Assembly: GCA_963665755.1 (NCBI GenBank)
Contig: OY762445.1
Location: 2,214,590-2,278,589 of the forward strand
Origin: a bacterium
GTDB lineage: Bacteria > JAAXHH01
Reading direction: 5' to 3'
DNA: 64,000 nt
The notes under the pieces are model-generated. The model saw only the letters and a list, made by a program, of their open reading frames with translations, was not told the DNA's origin and made no database searches. Positions 55,357 through 64,000 of this stretch are shown piece by piece (within the stretch, counting starts at the first letter, position 1; each line of letters begins with the position of its first letter). A program made the position numbers and the translations under genes.

Positions 55357-55947
55357 TCACCTCCCGGTGCCGTGCAGTCTCCCGAGCGTCTCCGCCAGAT
55401 TACGTCCCAGTCCCTCCACCGCTGCCTGGCGCTTCGCGTCTTTCAAACAGCCGTCATCCGTAAACGCTCCGTGCGCGCCCGGAACCGCCACCTGGTCCGG
55501 CAGGATCATCACGTGGATGTTGCTCAAAATCGATCGCACGTGCACGAGTCCGCGCAGACCGCCCAGCGCACCCGGAGAAGCGCTCATCAACGCGGCCGTC
55601 TTGTTTCGGAAGACCGCCAGCCTCTCCTCGCCCTGCGCGGGCCTGGATGCCCAGTCGATCGTGTTCTTGAGGAGCGGCGTGATCGAACTGTTGTATTCCG
55701 GCGCGGCGATCAGCAGTCCCTGGCTGGACATCATCAACGCCTTGAAGCGGACCGCGTTCTCCGGTATTCCATCCCGTTCTTCCAGGTCGCCGTCATACAA
55801 TGGCATGGGATAGTCGCGCAAGTCGACCAGGTCGACCTCGGCTCCGGCTCCCTCTGCGCCACGCGCCGCGATACCGACCAGTTTCCTGTTGAAAGAACCG
55901 GTCCGCGCACTGCCGGCAAATGCAAGAATCCTGGGTACATAGCTCAT
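55357..55947 (-). CDS. NAD(P)H-dependent FMN reductase-family flavoprotein
   Basis: A flavodoxin-like fold with an N-terminal signature (ILAFAGSARTGSFNRKL) typical of the NADPH-dependent FMN reductase / SsuE / ArsH-like family. Confidence 0.8.
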   Translation of the reverse strand: MSYVPRILAFAGSARTGSFNRKLVGIAARGAEGAGAEVDLVDLRDYPMPLYDGDLEERDGIPENAVRFKALMMSSQGLLIAAPEYNSSITPLLKNTIDWASRPAQGEERLAVFRNKTAALMSASPGALGGLRGLVHVRSILSNIHVMILPDQVAVPGAHGAFTDDGCLKDAKRQAAVEGLGRNLAETLGRLHGTGR

Positions 55948-56475
55948 GTGGATTTCGCTTTCTCCAACTGTTTATACAGTTTTATAAATAGTAGTCCTGA
56001 ACTATTTCAGCATCATTACTAAACCACGCCGGAATCGCCCAGCGGCACGACCTTCAGCCCACTGTCCCGCACGACCTCCAATCCATAGTCCCGCCGCACG
56101 AACCGGGCCCGCGTTGGCACCTCCCCGCGACACGACCATCAGCCCGCGTTGGCACCGCCCCTCGGCGGGTACCGCCGCACGACCTTCATCACTATCAAAA
56201 GTCGTGATACAAACCCCGAAAGTCAAGGGCGGATTAAACACTGGATGCGCCGGTCCTATCGGCTGCTTCACCTCTTCCGGCAAGGACTTCCAGCCGGTTG
56301 AACGACGGAGAAACACCTTGACTCACAGGGCTTGTATTGCTATGGTTCCAACATCGTAAACGCAACGTCCTCACAGGGCTTTCCGACGCGCTGCCGCGAT
56401 GGGTTCAGCGCGGTATTCCGAGACGGAATCCCGGTTACTCCGAACCGGCCGGAAACCGGCCAACCTATTCCCCCC

Positions 56476-59145
56476 ATGCCCCGATCCAAAGGAACGCTGA
56501 CGCCCGCCATGGCGCAATACGCCCGGATGAAGGATCAGCACAAGGATGCGATTCTCTTCTTCCGCATGGGGGATTTCTACGAGACCTTCGAAGACGACGC
56601 CAAACTGGTCTCGCGCGTCCTGGGCATCACGCTGACCGCCCGCAACTCGGGCACCGGCGGCGGGGAGAAGACGCCGCTGGCCGGCGTGCCCTATCACGCC
56701 GTGGAAAAATACATCGCCGAACTCGTGGGTTCGGGATACAAGGTGGCGGTCTGCGAGCAGGTCGAAGATCCAAAAAAGGCCCGCGGCGTGGTCAAGCGGG
56801 ACGTGGTTGAGGTCGTCACGCCGGGGACGACGATGTTGGCGCAGACCCTCGATCCCGGCGAGAACAACTATATGGTCGCCCTCGCATTCGACGAGGCATT
56901 GTACGGCCTGGCCTTTCTCGATCTGTCCACCGGCGAGTTCCGGGCGGCGGAATTGAACGAGGAAAACCTGCTCAGCGAGCTCAATCGCCTCGATCCCGCC
57001 GAGGCGATCGTGTCCTACGATCGTGCGGAGCAGGCAGCGGCCCTGCTCGAATCCCGGTTCCCCGACATGGCGATCAGCCGCCTGGAGGAGTGGGCGTTTT
57101 CATACGATCACGCGCGCCAGGTCCTGCTCGATCATTTCGAGGTGTTGACGCTCAAGGGATTCGGCTGCGACGAAATGGCCGGCGGCGTCTCCGCGGCGGG
57201 CGGCATGCTGGTCTATCTCCGGGAGACCCAGAAGAACCGGCTGGCCCACCTGAAGACCATGGCCCGCTACGACGTCGCGGACTCCATGTTGATGGACACG
57301 GAGACCCGGCGCAACCTGGAGCTGATCACCTCGTTGCGGGACGGAGGCCGCGAAGGTACGCTCCTTTCCGTGATGGACCGGACCTACACGCCCATGGGCG
57401 CCCGGTACATGCGCCAGGCGATCACCCGGCCGCTGGTTTCGGTCGAAGCCGTCCTCGCCCGCCAGGGGGCGGTGGGCGAACTCCATGCGGATCACGGCAC
57501 GCGGGATGCGTTCGCGGACCTGCTCAGATCCATGGGGGACCTGGAGCGCCTGGCGGCCAGGGTCGGGTCCGAACGGGCGAATGCCCGCGACCTGATCGCG
57601 TTGAAGACCGCCCTGCACGTGATCCCGGTCATCAGGGAAACGCTCAAAAACCTGAAAGCCGGACTGTCCGCCGGCCTCCGGGACGGACTGCGGGAACTAA
57701 AACCCCTGGCGGAGAAACTGGATCGGGCGCTGGTTGACGATCCGCCCCTCTCGCTTACGGAAGGCGGGCTCATCCGGGCGGGATACAACGAGGAGCTCGA
57801 CGACCTGCGCACAATCAGTTCGGGCGGAAAACGCTGGATTGCCGAACTGCAGCAGAAGGAACGGGAGCGCACGGGGATCCAGTCCCTCAAGGTCGACTAC
57901 AACCGCGTCTTCGGCTACTACATCGAGGTCACCAAACCGAACCTGAACCGGCTGGAAGGCGAGTACATCCGCAAGCAGACCATGCGCAACGCGGAGCGGT
58001 TCATCACCCCGGAGCTCAAGGAATACGAGGAGAAGATCCTGGGCGCCGAGGAGAAGATCGGGGAGCTGGAATATGCCCTTTTCCTCGAACTTCGGGAGGA
58101 GGTGGCCGCGAGCCTGGGCGAGATCCAGGGCAATGGCCGATCGATCGCGCAACTGGACTTCCTGACCGCGCTGGCCGAACTGGCCGTCCGCAACGACTAC
58201 GTGGCCCCGGAGATCGAAGACGGATTCGTCCTGGATATCGACGACGGACGGCACCCGGTGGTGGAACAACTGCTGCAGGGCGAAGCCTTCGTCCCCAACG
58301 ATACGCAACTCGACACCCGGACGAAGCAGATCGCCCTCATTACCGGGCCGAACATGGCCGGCAAGAGCACCTATCTCCGCCAGGTGGGCCTGATCGTGCT
58401 CATGGCCCAGGTCGGTTCCTTCGTCCCGGCGCGGTCCGCGCGGATCGGCATCGTGGACCGCATCTTCACGCGCGTCGGCGCCTCCGACAACCTGGCCCGG
58501 GGCGAAAGCACCTTTCTCGTCGAGATGAACGAGACCGCCAACATTCTCAACAACGCCACGCCGCGAAGCCTCGTCCTCCTCGACGAGATCGGCCGGGGTA
58601 CGAGCACCTTCGACGGGTTGAGCATCGCCTGGGCGGTCACGGAGTTCCTCCACAACACGCCGGAACGGGCGGCCAAGACCCTCTTCGCCACGCATTACCA
58701 CGAACTGATCGAACTGGCGTCGAGTCTCGACCGGATCGCCAACTACAACGTGGCCATCCGGGAGCAGGACGACCAGATTGTTTTCCTGCGGAAGGTGATG
58801 CCCGGCGGGAGCGACCGCAGTTACGGGATCCAGGTGGCGCGCATGGCGGGGCTGCCGCGCAGCGTGGTCGAGCGGGCCCGGGTCATCCTGGCCAACCTGG
58901 AGGGCGAGGACCTTGCTCCGGGCGGCCAGGGCGGCCAGGGCGACGTAGAGGGCGAGGCGGGCACACCGCGCCACGGAATGCCCAGGGCGGAAAGCGCCGA
59001 GTACCAGCTCAGCCTGTTCCTGCCTGCGGACCATCCGGTCGTCGAGGACATCAAGGAACTCGACCTGGACGTGATGACGCCGGTCGAAGCCATGAACGCC
59101 CTGTACCGGCTACAGCAGAAAGCCACGGATCCCGACAGCGAGTAG
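56476..59145 (+). CDS. mutS: DNA mismatch repair protein MutS
   Basis: N-terminal mismatch-binding domain (TPAMAQYARMKDQHKDAILFFRMGDFYETF), Walker A (GPNMAGKST) and the C-terminal HTH dimerisation region. The start was set at ATG 56476 instead of the upstream in-frame ATG. Confidence 0.93.
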   Translation: MPRSKGTLTPAMAQYARMKDQHKDAILFFRMGDFYETFEDDAKLVSRVLGITLTARNSGTGGGEKTPLAGVPYHAVEKYIAELVGSGYKVAVCEQVEDPKKARGVVKRDVVEVVTPGTTMLAQTLDPGENNYMVALAFDEALYGLAFLDLSTGEFRAAELNEENLLSELNRLDPAEAIVSYDRAEQAAALLESRFPDMAISRLEEWAFSYDHARQVLLDHFEVLTLKGFGCDEMAGGVSAAGGMLVYLRETQKNRLAHLKTMARYDVADSMLMDTETRRNLELITSLRDGGREGTLLSVMDRTYTPMGARYMRQAITRPLVSVEAVLARQGAVGELHADHGTRDAFADLLRSMGDLERLAARVGSERANARDLIALKTALHVIPVIRETLKNLKAGLSAGLRDGLRELKPLAEKLDRALVDDPPLSLTEGGLIRAGYNEELDDLRTISSGGKRWIAELQQKERERTGIQSLKVDYNRVFGYYIEVTKPNLNRLEGEYIRKQTMRNAERFITPELKEYEEKILGAEEKIGELEYALFLELREEVAASLGEIQGNGRSIAQLDFLTALAELAVRNDYVAPEIEDGFVLDIDDGRHPVVEQLLQGEAFVPNDTQLDTRTKQIALITGPNMAGKSTYLRQVGLIVLMAQVGSFVPARSARIGIVDRIFTRVGASDNLARGESTFLVEMNETANILNNATPRSLVLLDEIGRGTSTFDGLSIAWAVTEFLHNTPERAAKTLFATHYHELIELASSLDRIANYNVAIREQDDQIVFLRKVMPGGSDRSYGIQVARMAGLPRSVVERARVILANLEGEDLAPGGQGGQGDVEGEAGTPRHGMPRAESAEYQLSLFLPADHPVVEDIKELDLDVMTPVEAMNALYRLQQKATDPDSE

Positions 59146-59169
59146 CACGCTTCGGAGAGAGGAGCCGTG

Positions 59170-59300
59170 CGCATCGCTTTCTCCGCCATGCTAGTCAACC
59201 TGAATCCTAAGGTAGGTGGCCGTGTCCGGCATTCCTGCCGCTATGCTCGTCAACCCCGAATCCTAAGGTAGGTGGTCGTGTCCATCATCTCTTCCGCCAT
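59170..59300. repeat. tandem direct duplication (about 57-nt unit, two full copies plus a partial third) covering the 5' end of the NUDIX gene and its upstream region
   Basis: 'tctccgccatgctagtcaacctgaatcctaaggtaggtggccgtgtccggcat' is followed by 'tcctgccgctatgctcgtcaaccccgaatcctaaggtaggtggtcgtgtccatcat'. The gene's own 'tcttccgccatgctggtcaacgcc' follows. Confidence 0.75.
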
Positions 59301-59697
59301 GCTGGTCAACGCCGGCGGCGACATCCTCGTCAATCTCCGCGACGACGATCCCCGAATCATCTTCCCGAATCAGTGGAGCCTCATCGGGGGCCACGTGGAA
59401 GCGGGAGAATCGCCCGAAGAAGGCCTGGTCAGAGAGGTTCGGGAGGAGATCGGCTACCGGCTGACCGAGTACCACGCCCTGGCGACCTTCTTCGACGGGG
59501 AAGACGTGCGGCACCTCTATTTCTCCCCGATCGACGTCCCAATAGAGGATCTCGTCCTGGGCGAAGGCCAGGCCATCCGGTTCATCGATCCCAGGCGGGC
59601 GCTCGCCGAACTCGACCTGTGCGTCACCGGCCGGCGGTGCATCGAAGTCTACGTGCGCCACCTCGAATTCCAGGCGTACGTCCGCACGCGAAGCTGA
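59272..59697 (+). CDS. NUDIX hydrolase
   Basis: Nudix box GGHVEAGESPEEGLVREVREEIG (Gx5Ex7REUxEExGU). 141 aa. GTG start. Confidence 0.85.
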   Translation: MVVSIISSAMLVNAGGDILVNLRDDDPRIIFPNQWSLIGGHVEAGESPEEGLVREVREEIGYRLTEYHALATFFDGEDVRHLYFSPIDVPIEDLVLGEGQAIRFIDPRRALAELDLCVTGRRCIEVYVRHLEFQAYVRTRS

Positions 59698-59731
59698 GGG
59701 CGGGCCCGGCAATCTGCCGAACGACTTTCCC

Positions 59732-62700
59732 CTACGCCTTTTTCAACCCCCATGACCTGACCATGTAGTAGATGACCGGGATGACCACGAGCGTCAGTAC
59801 CGTAGAAGTCACCATGCCACCCACCATGGGTGCGGCGATGCGCTGCATGACCTCAGAGCCCGTGCCGGTCCCCCACATGATGGGCGTCAGTCCGGCCATG
59901 GTGGCAGCGACCGTCATCATCTTGGGGCGCACCCGCTCCACAGCCCCGTGCATGACCACCTCGTAGAGATCTCCGCGTGTGTTCAGGGCGTTTCGATCCA
60001 CGCGTTCCTGGTAGGCCTGTTTCAGATAGAGCAGCATGACGACCCCCGTTTCCGCCGCCACCCCGGCCAGCGCGATGAAACCGACGCCAACCGCGATGCT
60101 GAAATCGTAGTCCAGCAGGTACATCAGCCACACGCCGCCCACGAGCGCGAAGGGCAGCGAAAGCATGACGATCATGCTGTCCGCCACGTTGCGGAAGTTC
60201 ATGTAGAGCAGCAGGAGAATGATGGCCAGAGTGACGGGCACGACGATCTGCAGACGGCGCTGCGCCCGCTCCATGTACTCGTACTGCCCGCTCCAGACCA
60301 TGCTGTATCCCACGGGCAGGGAAACCCGTTCCGCGATGTGCCGCCGGGCGGTTTCCACGTAGGCGCCGATGTCCGTGTCCTTCAGATCCACGTACACCCA
60401 GGCCGTGGGCCGGGCGTTCTCCGACTTGATGCCGGCGGGTCCCTTACGGAACCGGATTTCGGCCACCTGGCTGATGGGAATCTGAGCCCCCGAAGGCGTC
60501 GGGATCAGGATGCGCCTGAGGTCCGATATGTCGTCGCGCAACTCCCGGGCATAGCGGATGTTCACCGGGTAGCGCTCCAGTCCCTCGACCGTGTGGGTCA
60601 CCTCCACGCCCCCCACCGCCGACATGATGACATCCTGCACGTCGCCCACGGTCATCCCGTAGCGTGCCGCCTCGACGCGGTCGATCTCGAAGTCGAGGTA
60701 ATTCCCGCCCATGGTCTTCTCCGGAAAGACGCTGAGCGTGCCCGGCAGCTCATTGAGTTCCACCGCCACCTGCCCGGCCAGGTCCGACAGTACGGCCAAG
60801 TCGTTTCCCATCAGCTTGACGCCGACCGGGGTGCGTATGCCCGTGGACAGCATGTCGATCCGGGTGCGGATGGGCATGGTCCAGGCGTTGGTCAGACCCG
60901 GAAACTGGATGGCGTCGTTGAGGGCCTCCACGAGTCCTTCGCGGGTCATGCCCGGACGCCATTCCTCCTCGGGCCTGAGCATGATGGTGGTCTCGATCAT
61001 GGACAGCGGCGCCGGGTCGGTCGCCGTGTCGGCCCGGCCCACCTTGCCGAAGACCCGTTCCACTTCCGGGAAGGAACTTATGATCCGGTCGGTCTGCTGC
61101 AGGAGCTGGCGGGCCTTGGTAATCGATATGCCGGGATCCGTGGTGGGCATGTAGAGCAGGTCGCCCTCGTAGAGCGGCGGCATGAACTCGGATCCGATCC
61201 GCTGCAGCGGATACCACGTGGCTGAGAGGACGACCACCGCGACGGTGATGGTCAGCCACCTCAGGCGGATCGCCGACCGGATTACGGGCCGGTACAGGAA
61301 CACGAGCAGCCGGCTGAGCGGATTCCTGCGTTCCGGGAGCAGGCGGCCCCGGACCAGGTACCCCGTCAATACCGGCACGAACGTAATCGCCAGCAGGGCG
61401 GCCGCGGCCATGGTGTACGTCTTCGTGAAGGCCAGCGGCTTGAAGAGCCGGCCCTCCTGGGCCTGCAGGGCGAAGATGGGGGCGAAGGACAGCGTGATGA
61501 TCAGCAGGGAGTAGAAGAGGGACGGTCCCACTTCCTTCGTGGCGTCGAGGACGATCTGCCAGTGGTCCTTCTTCCCGCGGTCCCGCTCCATGTGCTTGTG
61601 CGTATTCTCGATCATGACGATGGCGGCGTCCACCAGCGTGCCGATGGCGATGGCGATCCCGCCGAGGGACATGATATTGGCGTTGATCCCCTGCCAGGAC
61701 ATGACCAGAAAGGCGGCGAGCACGCTGATCGGAAGGGTGAGGATGACCACCAGGGCCGATCGGAAGTGGATCAGGAAGATGATGCAGACCAGGGCGACGA
61801 TGAGGCTTTCTTCCAGCAGTTTGTTGCTCAGGTTGTCGATGGCCCGTTCGATCAGGTTCGACCGGTCGTAGGCCGCGATGATCTCCACGCCCTCCGGAAG
61901 ACCCGACTTGAGCGACTCCAGCTTCGCCTCCACGTCCCGGATGACCTCCATGGCGTTCTCGCCGTACCGCATGACGATGATGCCGCCAACGATCTCCCCC
62001 TCGCCGTTCCATTCCGCCAGCCCGCGCCGCAGTTCCGGTCCGGTCGTGACCCGTGCGACCTGGCGCAGCAGGACGGGGGTGCCATAGTCGTCGACGCCCA
62101 GGGTGACGTTCTCCAGGTCCTCGACGGACCGGATATACCCCAGTCCGCGGACCATGTATTCCGTTTCCGCCATTTCGACGACCCGACCGCCCACGTCGTT
62201 GTTGCTCCGCTGGATCGCCGTCCTGATCCGGTTGAGCGGAATGCCGTAGATCAGCAGCTTGTTGGGGTCGACCTCCACCTGGTACTGCTTGACGAACCCG
62301 CCGATGCTGGCGACCTCGGAAACGCCGTGGACGGACGTCAGTTCGTAACGCAGGAACCAGTCCTGGATGCTCCGCAGTTCCGCCAGGTTGTGCCGGTCGC
62401 TTCGGAGCACGTACTCGTAGACCCAGCCCACGCCCGTGGCGTCCGGTCCCAGGCTCGGATTCACGCCCGGCGGCAATCGGTCGGTCACGTAGCTCAGGTA
62501 CTCCAGGACGCGGCTGCGGGCCCAGTAGATGTCCGTGCCGTCCTCGAAGATGATGTACACGAAACTGAGCCCGAAGAAACTGTAACCCCGAACCGTCTGT
62601 GCATGGGGCACAGCGAGCATGGCGGTCGTCAGCGGGTAGGTCACCTGGTCCTCCACCACCTGGGGCGCCTGCCCGGGATACTCGGTCAGAACGATCACCT

Positions 62701-62836
62701 GCACGTCCGAGAGGTCCGGGATGGCATCCAGGGGGATCTCCACCAGCGCCACGGTTCCCCCCGCGATCAACAGCAAGGTGACCAGGATCACCAGGAACCG
62801 GTTCTTGACGGAGTATTCTATAATGCGTTGTAACAT
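59732..62836 (-). CDS. cusA: heavy-metal efflux RND transporter, CusA/CzcA family
   Basis: 1034 aa with 12 TM helices and two large periplasmic loops, and extensive CusA/CzcA-like similarity. It includes the methionine-rich periplasmic cleft residues and the conserved proton-relay region (…GIAIAIGTLVDAAIVMIEN…). Confidence 0.9.
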   Translation of the reverse strand: MLQRIIEYSVKNRFLVILVTLLLIAGGTVALVEIPLDAIPDLSDVQVIVLTEYPGQAPQVVEDQVTYPLTTAMLAVPHAQTVRGYSFFGLSFVYIIFEDGTDIYWARSRVLEYLSYVTDRLPPGVNPSLGPDATGVGWVYEYVLRSDRHNLAELRSIQDWFLRYELTSVHGVSEVASIGGFVKQYQVEVDPNKLLIYGIPLNRIRTAIQRSNNDVGGRVVEMAETEYMVRGLGYIRSVEDLENVTLGVDDYGTPVLLRQVARVTTGPELRRGLAEWNGEGEIVGGIIVMRYGENAMEVIRDVEAKLESLKSGLPEGVEIIAAYDRSNLIERAIDNLSNKLLEESLIVALVCIIFLIHFRSALVVILTLPISVLAAFLVMSWQGINANIMSLGGIAIAIGTLVDAAIVMIENTHKHMERDRGKKDHWQIVLDATKEVGPSLFYSLLIITLSFAPIFALQAQEGRLFKPLAFTKTYTMAAAALLAITFVPVLTGYLVRGRLLPERRNPLSRLLVFLYRPVIRSAIRLRWLTITVAVVVLSATWYPLQRIGSEFMPPLYEGDLLYMPTTDPGISITKARQLLQQTDRIISSFPEVERVFGKVGRADTATDPAPLSMIETTIMLRPEEEWRPGMTREGLVEALNDAIQFPGLTNAWTMPIRTRIDMLSTGIRTPVGVKLMGNDLAVLSDLAGQVAVELNELPGTLSVFPEKTMGGNYLDFEIDRVEAARYGMTVGDVQDVIMSAVGGVEVTHTVEGLERYPVNIRYARELRDDISDLRRILIPTPSGAQIPISQVAEIRFRKGPAGIKSENARPTAWVYVDLKDTDIGAYVETARRHIAERVSLPVGYSMVWSGQYEYMERAQRRLQIVVPVTLAIILLLLYMNFRNVADSMIVMLSLPFALVGGVWLMYLLDYDFSIAVGVGFIALAGVAAETGVVMLLYLKQAYQERVDRNALNTRGDLYEVVMHGAVERVRPKMMTVAATMAGLTPIMWGTGTGSEVMQRIAAPMVGGMVTSTVLTLVVIPVIYYMVRSWGLKKA

Positions 62837-62876
62837 GATGAACCCCTTTAAGTTCCGGACGGTCCAGGCGGACCGG

Positions 62877-64000
62877 TCAATGCGTCATCCGATGGTCGAG
62901 CATTTTCTGGATCGCCTCCTGGAGCCGGCTTTCCGAATCGATCAGGAACTGGGCGGAGGTCACGACCCGTTCGCCCGCGCTGACGCCGCGCACCGCCTCC
63001 ACGTAGCCCCCCCGACCTTCCATGCCGAGGGTGACCTCGCGGGGCTCGAACTTCCCGCCATCAAGGGCGACGAAGATCACGTTGCGCTCGCCGCTATGGA
63101 TGACCGCGCTGCCCGGGATAACCAGCACGGGCCGCTCGCTGCGCGCGGAAAGGCGGATATTGGCGTACATCTGGGGTTTCAGTTCGAGATCCCGGTTGGG
63201 AAATACCAGCCGGATCTTGATGTCCCGCGACGCGCGGTCCAGGTAGGGATAGATGTAGTCGATTGTGCCGCGATATATCTTCCCCGGATTGTAGGGCAGT
63301 TCCATCTCGGCCGTCAGCCCTGGGTTCAACCACGGCGCGTCCCCGTCGTATACGTGGGCGAAGGCCCAGATGCTCGAAAGATCGGCCATGCGGTACATGT
63401 CCATGCCTGGCGTGACCCGCATGCCCAGTTCGGCCATCCGCTCCACGACGATGCCCTTTGAAGGCGCATAGATGGTCAGGGTCCGGGCGATCGTACCCCT
63501 TTCCTCCAGTTCCTGGATCTGCGCCTCGGTCACGTCCCAGTAGAGCAGGCGGCGCCGCGAGGCATCCAGCAGCGACTCCGCGCCTTTCGTGATAGTCTCG
63601 AACGTGCTGTTTTCCAGGTTTTTAACGTTCTGGAACGCCAGGAGGTATTCTTCCTGCGCCGCGACGAGTTCCGGCGAGTAGATGTCCAGCATCGGATCGC
63701 CCGCGGCGACCGGCTGACCCGTCTCGTTCACGTAGAGCTTTTCGATCCACCCGGGATACTTGACGTTGATCCGGGAATACATTTCCTCGTTGTAGTCGAG
63801 GTGGCCGACGGTCCGTATGGATCGGGTCAGCGGCCGTTCCTGGACGTCCGCGGTCTGGACGCCGATGTTCTGAATCGTGACCGGATCGATCACGATGGAA
63901 GCACCGGGGGAGGGAGCCGCGTCCTCGGCCTGTTCCTCCATGGCCTGTTCGGCCACGGACTGCTCTTCCGCTTCGGCCGTGTTTTTCACCGGCGTAAGGT
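62877..64000 (-). CDS. cusB: RND efflux periplasmic adaptor (membrane fusion protein, CusB/CzcB-like), N-terminus beyond the window end
   Basis: Adaptor-subunit beta-barrel/lipoyl motifs (TIYAPSKGIVVERMAELGMRVTPG...). The reading frame is still open at the window end, and the only Met at 63989 is preceded by open frame. Confidence 0.8.
   Translation of the reverse strand, partial: LTPVKNTAEAEEQSVAEQAMEEQAEDAAPSPGASIVIDPVTIQNIGVQTADVQERPLTRSIRTVGHLDYNEEMYSRINVKYPGWIEKLYVNETGQPVAAGDPMLDIYSPELVAAQEEYLLAFQNVKNLENSTFETITKGAESLLDASRRRLLYWDVTEAQIQELEERGTIARTLTIYAPSKGIVVERMAELGMRVTPGMDMYRMADLSSIWAFAHVYDGDAPWLNPGLTAEMELPYNPGKIYRGTIDYIYPYLDRASRDIKIRLVFPNRDLELKPQMYANIRLSARSERPVLVIPGSAVIHSGERNVIFVALDGGKFEPREVTLGMEGRGGYVEAVRGVSAGERVVTSAQFLIDSESRLQEAIQKMLDHRMTH

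Noticed and set aside
59948-62833. Several plus-strand ORFs of 400+ aa antisense to cusA
   Set aside because: Shadow ORFs. The minus strand encodes a complete 12-TM RND pump.

Overview
Read by eye, this is a high-GC segment of a Gram-negative bacterial chromosome. About 55 protein genes can be supported, mostly ordinary chromosomal functions. They include a complete Na+-pumping oxaloacetate decarboxylase operon (oadG-oadB-oadA, minus strand), an amidohydrolase, msrA, an MlrC/M81 peptidase and an HU/IHF-like protein. They also include a TPR protein, an M1 aminopeptidase, a MerR regulator, der (engA), a DUF512 radical-SAM/PDZ protein, leuC-leuD and a multi-GAF histidine kinase with an RR-PP2C phosphatase partner. 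Further along are a GNAT, creatininase, a PLP aminotransferase, a CUT1-type sugar ABC transporter whose binding protein is fused to a permease, and a P5C dehydrogenase. The window ends with a TVP38/DedA protein, DUF547, a TlpA-like thioredoxin, an FMN reductase, mutS, a NUDIX hydrolase and a cusA/cusB-type RND efflux pair. No rRNA, tRNA or CRISPR array was found. The most interesting region is a visibly lower-GC block of about 10 kb at 41.5-51.4 kb that looks like a horizontally acquired defence island. It opens with an AT-rich leader, followed by a gamma-class N6-adenine methyltransferase with a translationally coupled candidate BsuBI/PstI-family endonuclease (type II RM). Next are an Mrr locus split into a standalone Mrr_N gene and an Mrr_N-Mrr_cat gene across an A-tract, McrB with a long non-canonical N-terminal reader region, and McrC. 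The block ends with an SRA-HNH modification-dependent endonuclease, a decayed HNH paralogue and a vapB/FitA-like antitoxin remnant. Secondary points of interest are five scattered Fe(II)/2OG oxygenases, one of them a PhyH-family member whose iron-binding H-x-D motif reads H-G-G. Others are a lipoprotein with a Gly-Asp dipeptide tail of about 50 repeats, a small low-GC islet with two overlapping ORFs and its own promoter and terminator, and several short tandem duplications at gene ends.
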